From: Candidatus Nomurabacteria bacterium RIFCSPLOWO2_01_FULL_39_18
GTDB lineage: Bacteria > Patescibacteriota > Minisyncoccia > Phycocordibacterales > UBA9973
Reading direction: 5' to 3'
Assembly (NCBI GenBank): GCA_001787005.1
Contig: MFUV01000010.1
Location: forward strand, 9,955-73,954
DNA length: 64,000 nt
Shown: positions 27,651 through 35,247 of the stretch, piece after piece
Numbering within the stretch: position 1 is the stretch's first letter
Layout: every line of letters begins with the position of its first letter
The notes under the pieces: model-generated
What the model was told of the DNA's origin: nothing
Seen by the model: only the letters and a program-made list of their open reading frames with translations
The model's database searches: none
Program-made: the position numbers and the translations under genes

Positions 27651-28718
27651 ATGGAACAACATTTAGCATTATATAGGAAGTATCGCCCCAAGACTTTCAG
27701 TGAAGTCTTGGGACAAGACCATATTGTCAAAGTTTTAGAGAGCTCGATTGATACCAAAAAGGTCTCACATGCATACCTTTTTGTTGGCTCTCGTGGCACA
27801 GGTAAGACTTCTGTCGCCAGGATTTTCGCCTCTGAAATCGGTGTATCTCCAAACGATCTCTATGAAATAGACGCGGCTTCAAATAGGGGAATTGAAGATA
27901 TAAAATTACTGCGCGATGGTGTGCGTGTTTTACCTTTTGATTCAAAATATAAAGTCTACATCATTGATGAAGTCCATATGCTTTCCAAGGATGCTTGGGG
28001 GGCGCTTTTAAAAACTCTCGAGGAGCCGCCCAAGCACGTCATCTTTATTCTTGCTACCACCGAATTTCACAAAGTTCCCGAGACTATCATTTCTCGCTGC
28101 CAAGTTTTTACTTTTAGGAAAGCTTCGGATGCTGTAAATAAAAAAATGCTCCTGGATGTGGCAAAAAAAGAAGGTTTTGAATTAGAAAGTAGCGGGGCTG
28201 AACTTTTAGCAATTCTAGGAGATGGATCTTTCCGTGATGCGCAGGGTGAGCTTCAGAAGGTATTAAATTTTTCCCTCGGCCATAGACCTACGGGCGAGGC
28301 AAAAGGTAAGAAAATAAATAGAGAAGATGTAGAGAAAATAACCGGCGCTCCTAAAACAACCCTGGTGAATAATTTTATTTCTGCTATCGCTGAGAAAGAT
28401 TTAGAGAAGGGAATTTCAGCGGTAAAAGTGGCAGTGCAAGAGAACTTAGATATGAAGCTTTATTTAAAACTCATTATTGAAAAGCTACGAATCGTAATAA
28501 TTCTAAAATATGCACCAAAAATAAAAGACGAAATGGCGGGGGACTTAAGTGGAACGGATTTAGAATTTTTGAAGGGTTTGGTAAAAGAAGATAAAACCGG
28601 CATGCTCCGCTCCCAAGCACTTGCTACTCTGCTTGAAGCATATCAAAACATGGATAATGCGTTTATCACGGAATTGCCACTCGAACTTGCGTTGGTGAAA
28701 ATAATAAGTAAAGAATAA
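27651..28718 (+). CDS. dnaX: DNA polymerase III gamma/tau subunit (short form)
   Basis: YRPKTFSEVLGQ, GSRGTGKTS Walker A, DEVHML, SRC sensor motifs. Confidence 0.85.
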   Translation: MEQHLALYRKYRPKTFSEVLGQDHIVKVLESSIDTKKVSHAYLFVGSRGTGKTSVARIFASEIGVSPNDLYEIDAASNRGIEDIKLLRDGVRVLPFDSKYKVYIIDEVHMLSKDAWGALLKTLEEPPKHVIFILATTEFHKVPETIISRCQVFTFRKASDAVNKKMLLDVAKKEGFELESSGAELLAILGDGSFRDAQGELQKVLNFSLGHRPTGEAKGKKINREDVEKITGAPKTTLVNNFISAIAEKDLEKGISAVKVAVQENLDMKLYLKLIIEKLRIVIILKYAPKIKDEMAGDLSGTDLEFLKGLVKEDKTGMLRSQALATLLEAYQNMDNAFITELPLELALVKIISKE

Positions 28719-28728
28719 ATTTTTTTTG

Positions 28729-28799
28729 CTGGGAGACTTGGAATCGAACCAAAATTTTCTGCTTCAAAGGCAGACGTCCTACCGTTAGACGATCTCCCA
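28729..28799 (-). tRNA. tRNA-Gln (anticodon TTG)
   Basis: Reverse complement folds: acceptor tgggaga/tctccca, anticodon stem tctgc/gcaga, loop cTTTGaa, T-loop ttcgatt. Confidence 0.75.
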
Positions 28800-28888
28800 A
28801 TATTCTTACAGAGTATAGCAGTTTTACTTAATTTTGAGAATAGTCCCATACTTTGCAAATTTTTCAGTAATAGAATACTATTGCGTAT

Positions 28889-29329
28889 ATGAAGGAATCA
28901 CGATCTCGGATAGAACAAAAGAAATTAATAGAAGTTGTCGGGGATCTCAATTTGACTAGAAGAAAATTAACAGAAAAACCAGGGCTTGCTGTTGCGTTTT
29001 TGTTATCTGATAAAGACTTTAAGGTTTACGTTTCTCCAGATAATTCTCATGAAAAAGCAGCAAAAATGGCAGGATTACCAAGTAATAACTCAAAAGAGGT
29101 TTTAATAAAGGGCCGTATTTCACCAAAAATTTCGGCTTTTTTATTTGAAGAAAAAGGAAAAAACCCTGGAGATTTTTTAAGAGGAGATGTAGATTCAAAT
29201 TTAATTAATGCTCTTGTTCCTGGAGTAGCATCTGCCTTGAAGGAGTGGTTGGGAAAAGATTTTGAGAATTACAGCACCAGCTATAAAAATAGATCTAGCC
29301 CAACTAGACCCCCACAATCTATTGCTTAA
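28889..29329 (+). CDS. hypothetical protein (146 aa)
   Basis: ORF only; a decayed copy of its internal segment recurs at 31102. Confidence 0.4.
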   Translation: MKESRSRIEQKKLIEVVGDLNLTRRKLTEKPGLAVAFLLSDKDFKVYVSPDNSHEKAAKMAGLPSNNSKEVLIKGRISPKISAFLFEEKGKNPGDFLRGDVDSNLINALVPGVASALKEWLGKDFENYSTSYKNRSSPTRPPQSIA

Positions 29330-29352
29330 TTTTCTGTTATACTAGTTTATAC

Positions 29353-30180
29353 ATGAAAAAATTATTTTATATTTTTTTTATAATATTTATTTTATTTCCT
29401 CCCACATTCAGGGCCTTTGCGCAGTCGGGTGGCTCCGCAACGCCCCCTCTAGAACCTGCAACAGGGGGGTCAGTACCCACCCCAACACCAACTCCTTCTC
29501 CTACAACACCGAAGTCTATAACCCCTGCACCCACCCCGAAACCAATCTTGCCAGTTACCGCCGAATCTCTTAATGGCCCGATACCTAGAGCACCTTCTTC
29601 TAATAGTTCTAATCTTTTTATTTTCGTCGTAGCAGTTGCTTTAGGCATCTTTGGATTTTTTGTGTCGAAGATAAGAAAGAATAAAAAAGATAATCCTTGC
29701 GGGGAAATCAAGAAGCAGTGTGATAAAAAAAGTGTAGAACTTAATGACGTTAGAAACAAATTTTCTTTACAAGAAGCATTGGTTCTCAAAATTAAGCAAG
29801 AGATAGAGGAGGCAAAGGGAGAAATGGAAAAATATCTGGAGCAGGAGCTAAAAGATGAAATGCTTAAAACAATGGGAAGCAATGCCGTATCCGAAGCGGT
29901 AAAATTATTTGAGAAAGCGAAAAAAGAATATGATGATTTTACGGAAAAATATGAAAAAGCAAAAAATTTACTAGAAATCTTGCGAAAGAAAAAAGGAAGA
30001 CTAGCGGGTGAATTAGAAACTTTGGAATTGAATTATCGACAATGTGTATTAAATACAGTCGGTGAAACTGTAACTTTAAAGGATGAAGTAAAGTTAGCAT
30101 TTCCAAATGGAGAAAATACGCAAGAAACTACTCTCCTTTATCTTTATAAACCACAGGAAAAGAAAATCCTTTTGGGATGA
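29353..30180 (+). CDS. secreted/membrane-anchored protein: signal peptide, Pro/Thr-rich linker, TM helix, coiled-coil tail
   Basis: N-terminal hydrophobic signal then AQSGG, TPTPTPSPTTPKSITPAPTPKP linker, TM FIFVVAVALGIFGFFV, K/E-rich heptad region. Confidence 0.45.
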   Translation: MKKLFYIFFIIFILFPPTFRAFAQSGGSATPPLEPATGGSVPTPTPTPSPTTPKSITPAPTPKPILPVTAESLNGPIPRAPSSNSSNLFIFVVAVALGIFGFFVSKIRKNKKDNPCGEIKKQCDKKSVELNDVRNKFSLQEALVLKIKQEIEEAKGEMEKYLEQELKDEMLKTMGSNAVSEAVKLFEKAKKEYDDFTEKYEKAKNLLEILRKKKGRLAGELETLELNYRQCVLNTVGETVTLKDEVKLAFPNGENTQETTLLYLYKPQEKKILLG

Positions 30181-30587
30181 AAAAACGTCGTTTTGGCACA
30201 GGAAAGTGGAATGGAATCGGAGGAAAATTAAAAAGGGGAGAAATCATCGCAGAGGCTTTAGTGAGAGAAACAAAAGAAGAAATAAATGTAGTGATAAGCG
30301 GGGATGATTTAGTTCAAGTGGCAACTTTAAATTTCTCCTTTAAAGACAACCCAGACTGGGATCAGCAAGTCCATGCATTCATCATAGAAAAATGGAAAGG
30401 GGAGCCAAAGGAAACCGAAGAAATGAGTCCCAGATGGTATCCAATTAAAAAACTCCCCTTTGAGGATATGTGGATTGACGATATTCATTGGTTGCCGTTG
30501 GTGCTGGAGGGCAAAAAAATAAATGCTTCATTTAATTTCGACAAAACAGGCGACAAAATTTTAAATATGAAAGTTGAAGAAATATGA
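30177..30587 (+). CDS. NUDIX hydrolase
   Basis: Nudix box GGKLKRGEIIAEALVRETKEEINV. Confidence 0.7.
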   Translation: MKKRRFGTGKWNGIGGKLKRGEIIAEALVRETKEEINVVISGDDLVQVATLNFSFKDNPDWDQQVHAFIIEKWKGEPKETEEMSPRWYPIKKLPFEDMWIDDIHWLPLVLEGKKINASFNFDKTGDKILNMKVEEI

Positions 30588-30598
30588 TAAAATAGTAT

Positions 30599-30632
30599 AC
30601 ATACTAACATACTGGAGTTTGTAAGAATATTA
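30599..30632. promoter_or_regulatory. 34-bp conserved motif ACATACTAACATACTGGAGTTTGTAAGAATATTA ending 17 bp upstream of the ArsR-family gene
   Basis: Near-identical copy at 41623-41656 upstream of purQ; inverted partial copy at 30946-30966 downstream of the same gene. Confidence 0.5.
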
Positions 30633-30648
30633 TGTAATAATAAATAAA

Positions 30649-30939
30649 ATGACAAAAAATATAAAAACAGCAAGACAGATGGAACGACATTTGAAGGGGA
30701 TAGCAAATCACCATCGCATCGCAATTATTTTATTGATTGATAAATGTAGTGGTATCACCTTAGATCAAATCATCACTACACTTAATGCGAATGCGAAAAC
30801 TTTAGGTGAACACACAAGGAGGCTTTGCCAAGCAGGATTAGTTAATAAAAGATACAGGGGAAAATTTGTAGAACATACTTTATCACCATATGGAAAAATG
30901 TTTGCACGTTTTTTAAAATCTTTCCAATCCATTAAATGA
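30649..30939 (+). CDS. ArsR/SmtB-family winged-helix transcriptional regulator
   Basis: 96 aa; HRIAIILLIDKCSGITLDQIITTLNANAKTLGEHTRRLCQAGLV HTH pattern. Confidence 0.55.
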   Translation: MTKNIKTARQMERHLKGIANHHRIAIILLIDKCSGITLDQIITTLNANAKTLGEHTRRLCQAGLVNKRYRGKFVEHTLSPYGKMFARFLKSFQSIK

Positions 30940-30945
30940 CAATAT

Positions 30946-30966
30946 CATACTTACAAACTCCAGTAT
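30946..30966. promoter_or_regulatory. inverted partial copy (17 nt) of the ACTGGAGTTTGTAAG motif downstream of the ArsR-family gene
   Basis: catacttacaaactccagtat is the reverse complement of atactggagtttgtaag. Confidence 0.45.
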
Positions 30967-31101
30967 TTAAGGGTAAGTTACGATTGTAAATTGTTTATGC
31001 AAAAAATTAAAAGGAACAGATTTTCAGAAGCTTTCCGTCGCAAGGACGGAGAAATGAGCGACACTAAAAAACCAAAAATGATATAATGGAACTGGCTCAT
31101 T

Positions 31102-31156
31102 ACCAGGGTTTAGTGTTGCGTTTTTGTTGTCCGAAATGGCAAGATTACCAAGCAAT
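31102..31156. pseudogene. decayed duplicated fragment of the 28889-29329 gene
   Basis: accagggtttagtgttgcgtttttgtt..aatggcaagattaccaagcaat matches 28978-29011 and 29064-29086 at about 85% identity, with about 55 bp deleted between the two pieces. Confidence 0.4.
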
Positions 31157-31562
31157 GTCTAGAACATTTAAAATAAATCAAATAAATTCAAACCTGATTT
31201 TCTTTTTTCCAATAATCACAAGCTATTTGGATGGGGATGCCATTTATTGTTTTTTATCAATAATAATGATTATATGCGCTAGCACCTTCTACCACTTTTT
31301 TAGAGAGAAAAAACACAGTAATTTTTTTATAAAATTCCTGAGATATGCAGATGTGTGCATCGCTTCGATGTCTTATCTTTATATGTTTTATTTCGTGCAC
31401 AGTTCCAATGGTAACAGTAAATTTTTTCTATATTTTTTGCTCGCACTAAGTATATTTACTTATATTTTAGGGGAAAAAAGATTCGCAGAAAAATACAACA
31501 TTCATTCTTATTTTCATTTATTTATAGGTATAATTGCAGGAATAATTCCTATTTTTGCATAA
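31155..31562 (+). CDS. hypothetical polytopic membrane protein (start uncertain; the track ORF begins at 31086)
   Basis: Hydrophobic segments; the N-terminal extension from 31086 derives from the duplicated fragment. Confidence 0.3.
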   Translation: MSRTFKINQINSNLIFFFPIITSYLDGDAIYCFLSIIMIICASTFYHFFREKKHSNFFIKFLRYADVCIASMSYLYMFYFVHSSNGNSKFFLYFLLALSIFTYILGEKRFAEKYNIHSYFHLFIGIIAGIIPIFA

Positions 31563-31611
31563 AATTCTAGAAATTAAGATGATCGGCATGTAATTTTGAT
31601 ATAATAAATTT

Positions 31612-31983
31612 ATGGAAAAAATATACATCGATAAACTAGCTTTTATTGAACTTAAGAATAGAAAAGTTTTAGAAACAAAAAGTAAGGGGAAGGACATTTG
31701 GTATATTCCGGGCGGTAAGCGCAATGCTGGAGAAAGTGACGAGCAAGCTCTTGTTCGGGAGGTAAAGGAAGAATTAAATATAAACTTTGAGGCTCAAGCA
31801 CACGGCAAGCCAGAAGGTATTATGGTTAGAATGACTTGCTATCGAGCAAAATATCGAGGAGAATTAATTTCAAACGCAGAAGTTGAAAAAATAGATTGGT
31901 TTAATTACTCCCAAAAAGAACTCACCTCTCCCGTGGATCATCTTATTTTCGAGGATCTGAAAGCTAAGAATTTGATTGATTAA
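31612..31983 (+). CDS. NUDIX hydrolase
   Basis: Nudix box GGKRNAGESDEQALVREVKEELNI. Confidence 0.7.
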   Translation: MEKIYIDKLAFIELKNRKVLETKSKGKDIWYIPGGKRNAGESDEQALVREVKEELNINFEAQAHGKPEGIMVRMTCYRAKYRGELISNAEVEKIDWFNYSQKELTSPVDHLIFEDLKAKNLID

Positions 31984-32025
31984 GAGTTAAGATGGTCCCA
32001 GCATTGTACTAAACAGCCAGTAATC

Positions 32026-32316
32026 ATGAAAAAAATTAATATTGAAAAATTAGATGGTACAGCTTTTCAGAAAAAGGTCTGGAGGGAAATTTGTAAAATT
32101 CCAAAGGGTAAAACTATCACATATCAAGAGCTAGCTAAGAAGATAGGTAAACCCAAAGCTGTAAGGGCAGTAGGGAATGCTGTGGGAGCGAATCCTCTGG
32201 CTGTTATAATCCCTTGCCATAGGGTAGTGCGGAGCGACGGCTCCCTTGGTGGATATTCTGGAAAGGGTGGAATGAGAACAAAAAGAATTCTTTTGAAAAA
32301 AGAAGGAGCTTTGTAA
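32026..32316 (+). CDS. ogt: methylated-DNA--protein-cysteine methyltransferase, C-terminal DNA-binding/active-site domain only
   Basis: TYQELAKKIGKPKAVRAVGNAVGANPLAVIIPCHRVV with the PCHR active site. Confidence 0.75.
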   Translation: MKKINIEKLDGTAFQKKVWREICKIPKGKTITYQELAKKIGKPKAVRAVGNAVGANPLAVIIPCHRVVRSDGSLGGYSGKGGMRTKRILLKKEGAL

Positions 32317-32348
32317 AAGAATTTTTTATGTTATAGTGTATCTAAATT

Positions 32349-33833
32349 ATGGCAGTTAAAAAGTCGACAACTAAAAACACTCCAAGGAACTTGGGGCAGG
32401 GGCTCACTTTTGACGATGTCCTGCTGGTGCCGAATTACAGCGAAGTTCTGCCGAAAAACGTCACCACCAAGACCCGTCTGACAAAAAACATCTCTTTAAA
32501 TATTCCCTTTATGTCAGCGCCAATGGACACAGTGACAGAAGCCCCGATGGCAATAGCCATGGCGCAACAAGGTGGTATCGGTATTATTCACAAAAATTTA
32601 TCGATTGTTGATCAAGCGAAAGAAGTAGAGCGCGTAAAGAGGTACGAAGCTGGACGAATTGCCAATCCCGTTACCCTTAGCGTTGGTCAAACAGTAGGCG
32701 ATGCATTTGCCATACAAAAAAAATATCATTTCGGCGGTTTTCCTGTTTTAAATAAAAATGGCGTTTTGGTGGGAATTGTTACAAATCGCGATCTCCGTTT
32801 TCAGAAAAACGAATCTACTCCGATAGAGGAAGTTATGACTACTAAATTAATAACTGGAGGACCAAATACATCTATTGAAGAAGCAAATGATCTGTTTAAT
32901 AAACACGCCATAGAAAAGCTCCCATTGGTTGATAAAAATAATAAATTAGTAGGACTCATCACTTATCGTGATATCGCAAAGTCGAAAGAATATCCAAATG
33001 CTACCAAAGATACCTTAGGTAGGCTTCGTGTTGGAGCTACGGTGGGAGTTGGGAAAGATGTTTTACAGCATGTTAAGGCATTAGTTAACAGTAATGTTGA
33101 TATAGTCTGTGTTGAGACCGCTCATGGACATTCGCGAGGCGTACTGGACGCCGTAAAAAGAATTCGTAAAGCATATCCGAAGTTAGATATTATTGCTGGA
33201 AATATTGCAACAGGTGAGGCGGCAAGGACTCTTATAGACGCTGGAACCAATGCAGTAAAAGTCGGCATCGGACCCGGCTCAATATGCACGACACGAGTTG
33301 TCTCAGGCGTTGGCGTGCCACAGCTCTCTGCGGTTTCTGCCGTTTATGAAGTTTGTAAAAAACTTAACATTCCAGTTATTGCCGACGGTGGAATCAAACA
33401 TAGCGGAGATGTAGTGAAAGCTCTCGTCTTTGGGGCTGATGTTGTAATGGGCGGATCAATGTTCGCCGGCACCGATGAATCCCCGGGAGACACCATTGCA
33501 ATGAATGATCAGAAATTTAAAAAATACCGAGGCATGGGTAGTTTAGGCGCAATGCAGAGGGGATCTAAGGATCGTTATTTTCAAGGTGATGAATATGACA
33601 TGACCAAGTTGGTTCCCGAAGGTGTTTCGGGACATGTAGCTTATAAGGGCGCGCTTTCTGAAGTGATTCATCAATTCGTCGGCGGACTCCGAGCGGGTAT
33701 GGGCTATCTAGGAGCAGAGACTATTTCAAAATTACGAAATGCTTCGTATTATACAATTACATCTGCCGGATTAAATGAAAGTCATATCCATGATATTTTC
33801 ATGGTTAAACCTTCGCCCAACTACAAAAAATGA
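32349..33833 (+). CDS. guaB: inosine-5'-monophosphate dehydrogenase
   Basis: [14 protein letters not shown] pair, catalytic [11 protein letters not shown] loop. Confidence 0.9.
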   Translation: MAVKKSTTKNTPRNLGQGLTFDDVLLVPNYSEVLPKNVTTKTRLTKNISLNIPFMSAPMDTVTEAPMAIAMAQQGGIGIIHKNLSIVDQAKEVERVKRYEAGRIANPVTLSVGQTVGDAFAIQKKYHFGGFPVLNKNGVLVGIVTNRDLRFQKNESTPIEEVMTTKLITGGPNTSIEEANDLFNKHAIEKLPLVDKNNKLVGLITYRDIAKSKEYPNATKDTLGRLRVGATVGVGKDVLQHVKALVNSNVDIVCVETAHGHSRGVLDAVKRIRKAYPKLDIIAGNIATGEAARTLIDAGTNAVKVGIGPGSICTTRVVSGVGVPQLSAVSAVYEVCKKLNIPVIADGGIKHSGDVVKALVFGADVVMGGSMFAGTDESPGDTIAMNDQKFKKYRGMGSLGAMQRGSKDRYFQGDEYDMTKLVPEGVSGHVAYKGALSEVIHQFVGGLRAGMGYLGAETISKLRNASYYTITSAGLNESHIHDIFMVKPSPNYKK

Positions 33834-35218
33834 AATTAAAAAATAAATCAAAAATCACTCCTCTCATTGGCTTACAGTGGGGCGACGAGGGGAAGGGCAA
33901 GGGCGTCGCCCGAATCGCTTCTAGCTTGTCTAAAAATGATTTAATCGTGCGTTTCCAGGGTGGAAATAATGCCGGACACACCATTTGGCAAGGAGGCAAG
34001 TCTTATGTTTTTAAGCTGATTCCTTCGGGAATTTTTGGGAGGGCGCAAATTCACCTAGGCGCTGGCATGGTGGTCAATCCAAGCGCGTTTTTTAATGAAA
34101 CTAAAACCATCCCAAAAAATATTTCTTTTTTAAAAAGGTTGTCAGTTTCCCCTCATGCCGTATTGATTTTACCTACACACGTTTTGCTTGACTCTGTTTC
34201 AGAAACAAAAAAGGGTGACAAGAAGATTGGCTCGACAGGCAGAGGCATAGCGCCTGCATATACTGACCTGGTGTCGAGAAATGCCTTGCGAGTTGGCGAT
34301 ATATTTCAAAAAGATTTTAAAAAACGTTACCAAGTATTGTGCGACCAGCATAAAAAAATCCTTCTTAATTTATATAAATATAAAGTTAGCAGTGAGAAAT
34401 TTAAAAAAAGCGAAGGAAACTTTTTCTCTGGAATTAAATTTTTAAAGTCATTAACAATAAAAAATTCTGCTGATTTGGTTGCAGAAATATTGGCAAAGGG
34501 AGGGAAGATAATTGCCGAGGGGGCACAGGGCACATTTCATGATATTAGATTTGGCAATTACCCATTTGTCACATCTTCACATACTATTGCGGGCGGTGTG
34601 GCTACGGGTTTGGGCATACCTCCGTCCTGGATTGGTGGAGCAATTGGAATTTGTAAAGCCTATGCCACCAAGGTAGGCGAAGGACCTTTCCCGACGGAGC
34701 TTGGGGGAGAGAGGTCCGCTGTCTGGTGCCGAGATAAAAAATTCAATTATGAAAAAGAAAAATTCCCCAACCCCGGCCCGAACAGTAAGGATGAATTTAG
34801 GCAAGGAGTGGCGCTTCGCCGGCTTGGAAATGAAATTGGTGCAGTTACGGGGCGGCTTCGCCGCACCGGCTGGCTAGACATCCCGCTTATAAAATATGCG
34901 ATAAAAATAAACAACGCGACAGAGCTTGTATTAACGAAGCTGGATGTGTTGGATAATTTTAAAAAAATAAAAGTCTGCACTCACTATATTATCAACGGCA
35001 GAAGAACGACAGATATTCCATTTGATCTTTCTCGAGAGAAAATAAAATGCGTGTATAAATCTTTTCCTGTCTGGAGAGGGAAGTTGGAAGATTATGATAA
35101 TAAGCTTCCAAGAGAAGCACTTGATTATGTCCGATATTTAGAAAAAACTCTCGGCGTAAAAATTATCTACGTCGGCACCGGTCCCGAAGAGCATCATGTG
35201 GTAGAGCGATATTGGTAA
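33830..35218 (+). CDS. purA: adenylosuccinate synthetase
   Basis: GLQWGDEGKGK P-loop, GNNAGHT, TKLDVLD motifs. Confidence 0.9.
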   Translation: MKLKNKSKITPLIGLQWGDEGKGKGVARIASSLSKNDLIVRFQGGNNAGHTIWQGGKSYVFKLIPSGIFGRAQIHLGAGMVVNPSAFFNETKTIPKNISFLKRLSVSPHAVLILPTHVLLDSVSETKKGDKKIGSTGRGIAPAYTDLVSRNALRVGDIFQKDFKKRYQVLCDQHKKILLNLYKYKVSSEKFKKSEGNFFSGIKFLKSLTIKNSADLVAEILAKGGKIIAEGAQGTFHDIRFGNYPFVTSSHTIAGGVATGLGIPPSWIGGAIGICKAYATKVGEGPFPTELGGERSAVWCRDKKFNYEKEKFPNPGPNSKDEFRQGVALRRLGNEIGAVTGRLRRTGWLDIPLIKYAIKINNATELVLTKLDVLDNFKKIKVCTHYIINGRRTTDIPFDLSREKIKCVYKSFPVWRGKLEDYDNKLPREALDYVRYLEKTLGVKIIYVGTGPEEHHVVERYW

Positions 35219-35247
35219 AAAAGCTAATTTTATATTAATATAGTTAT

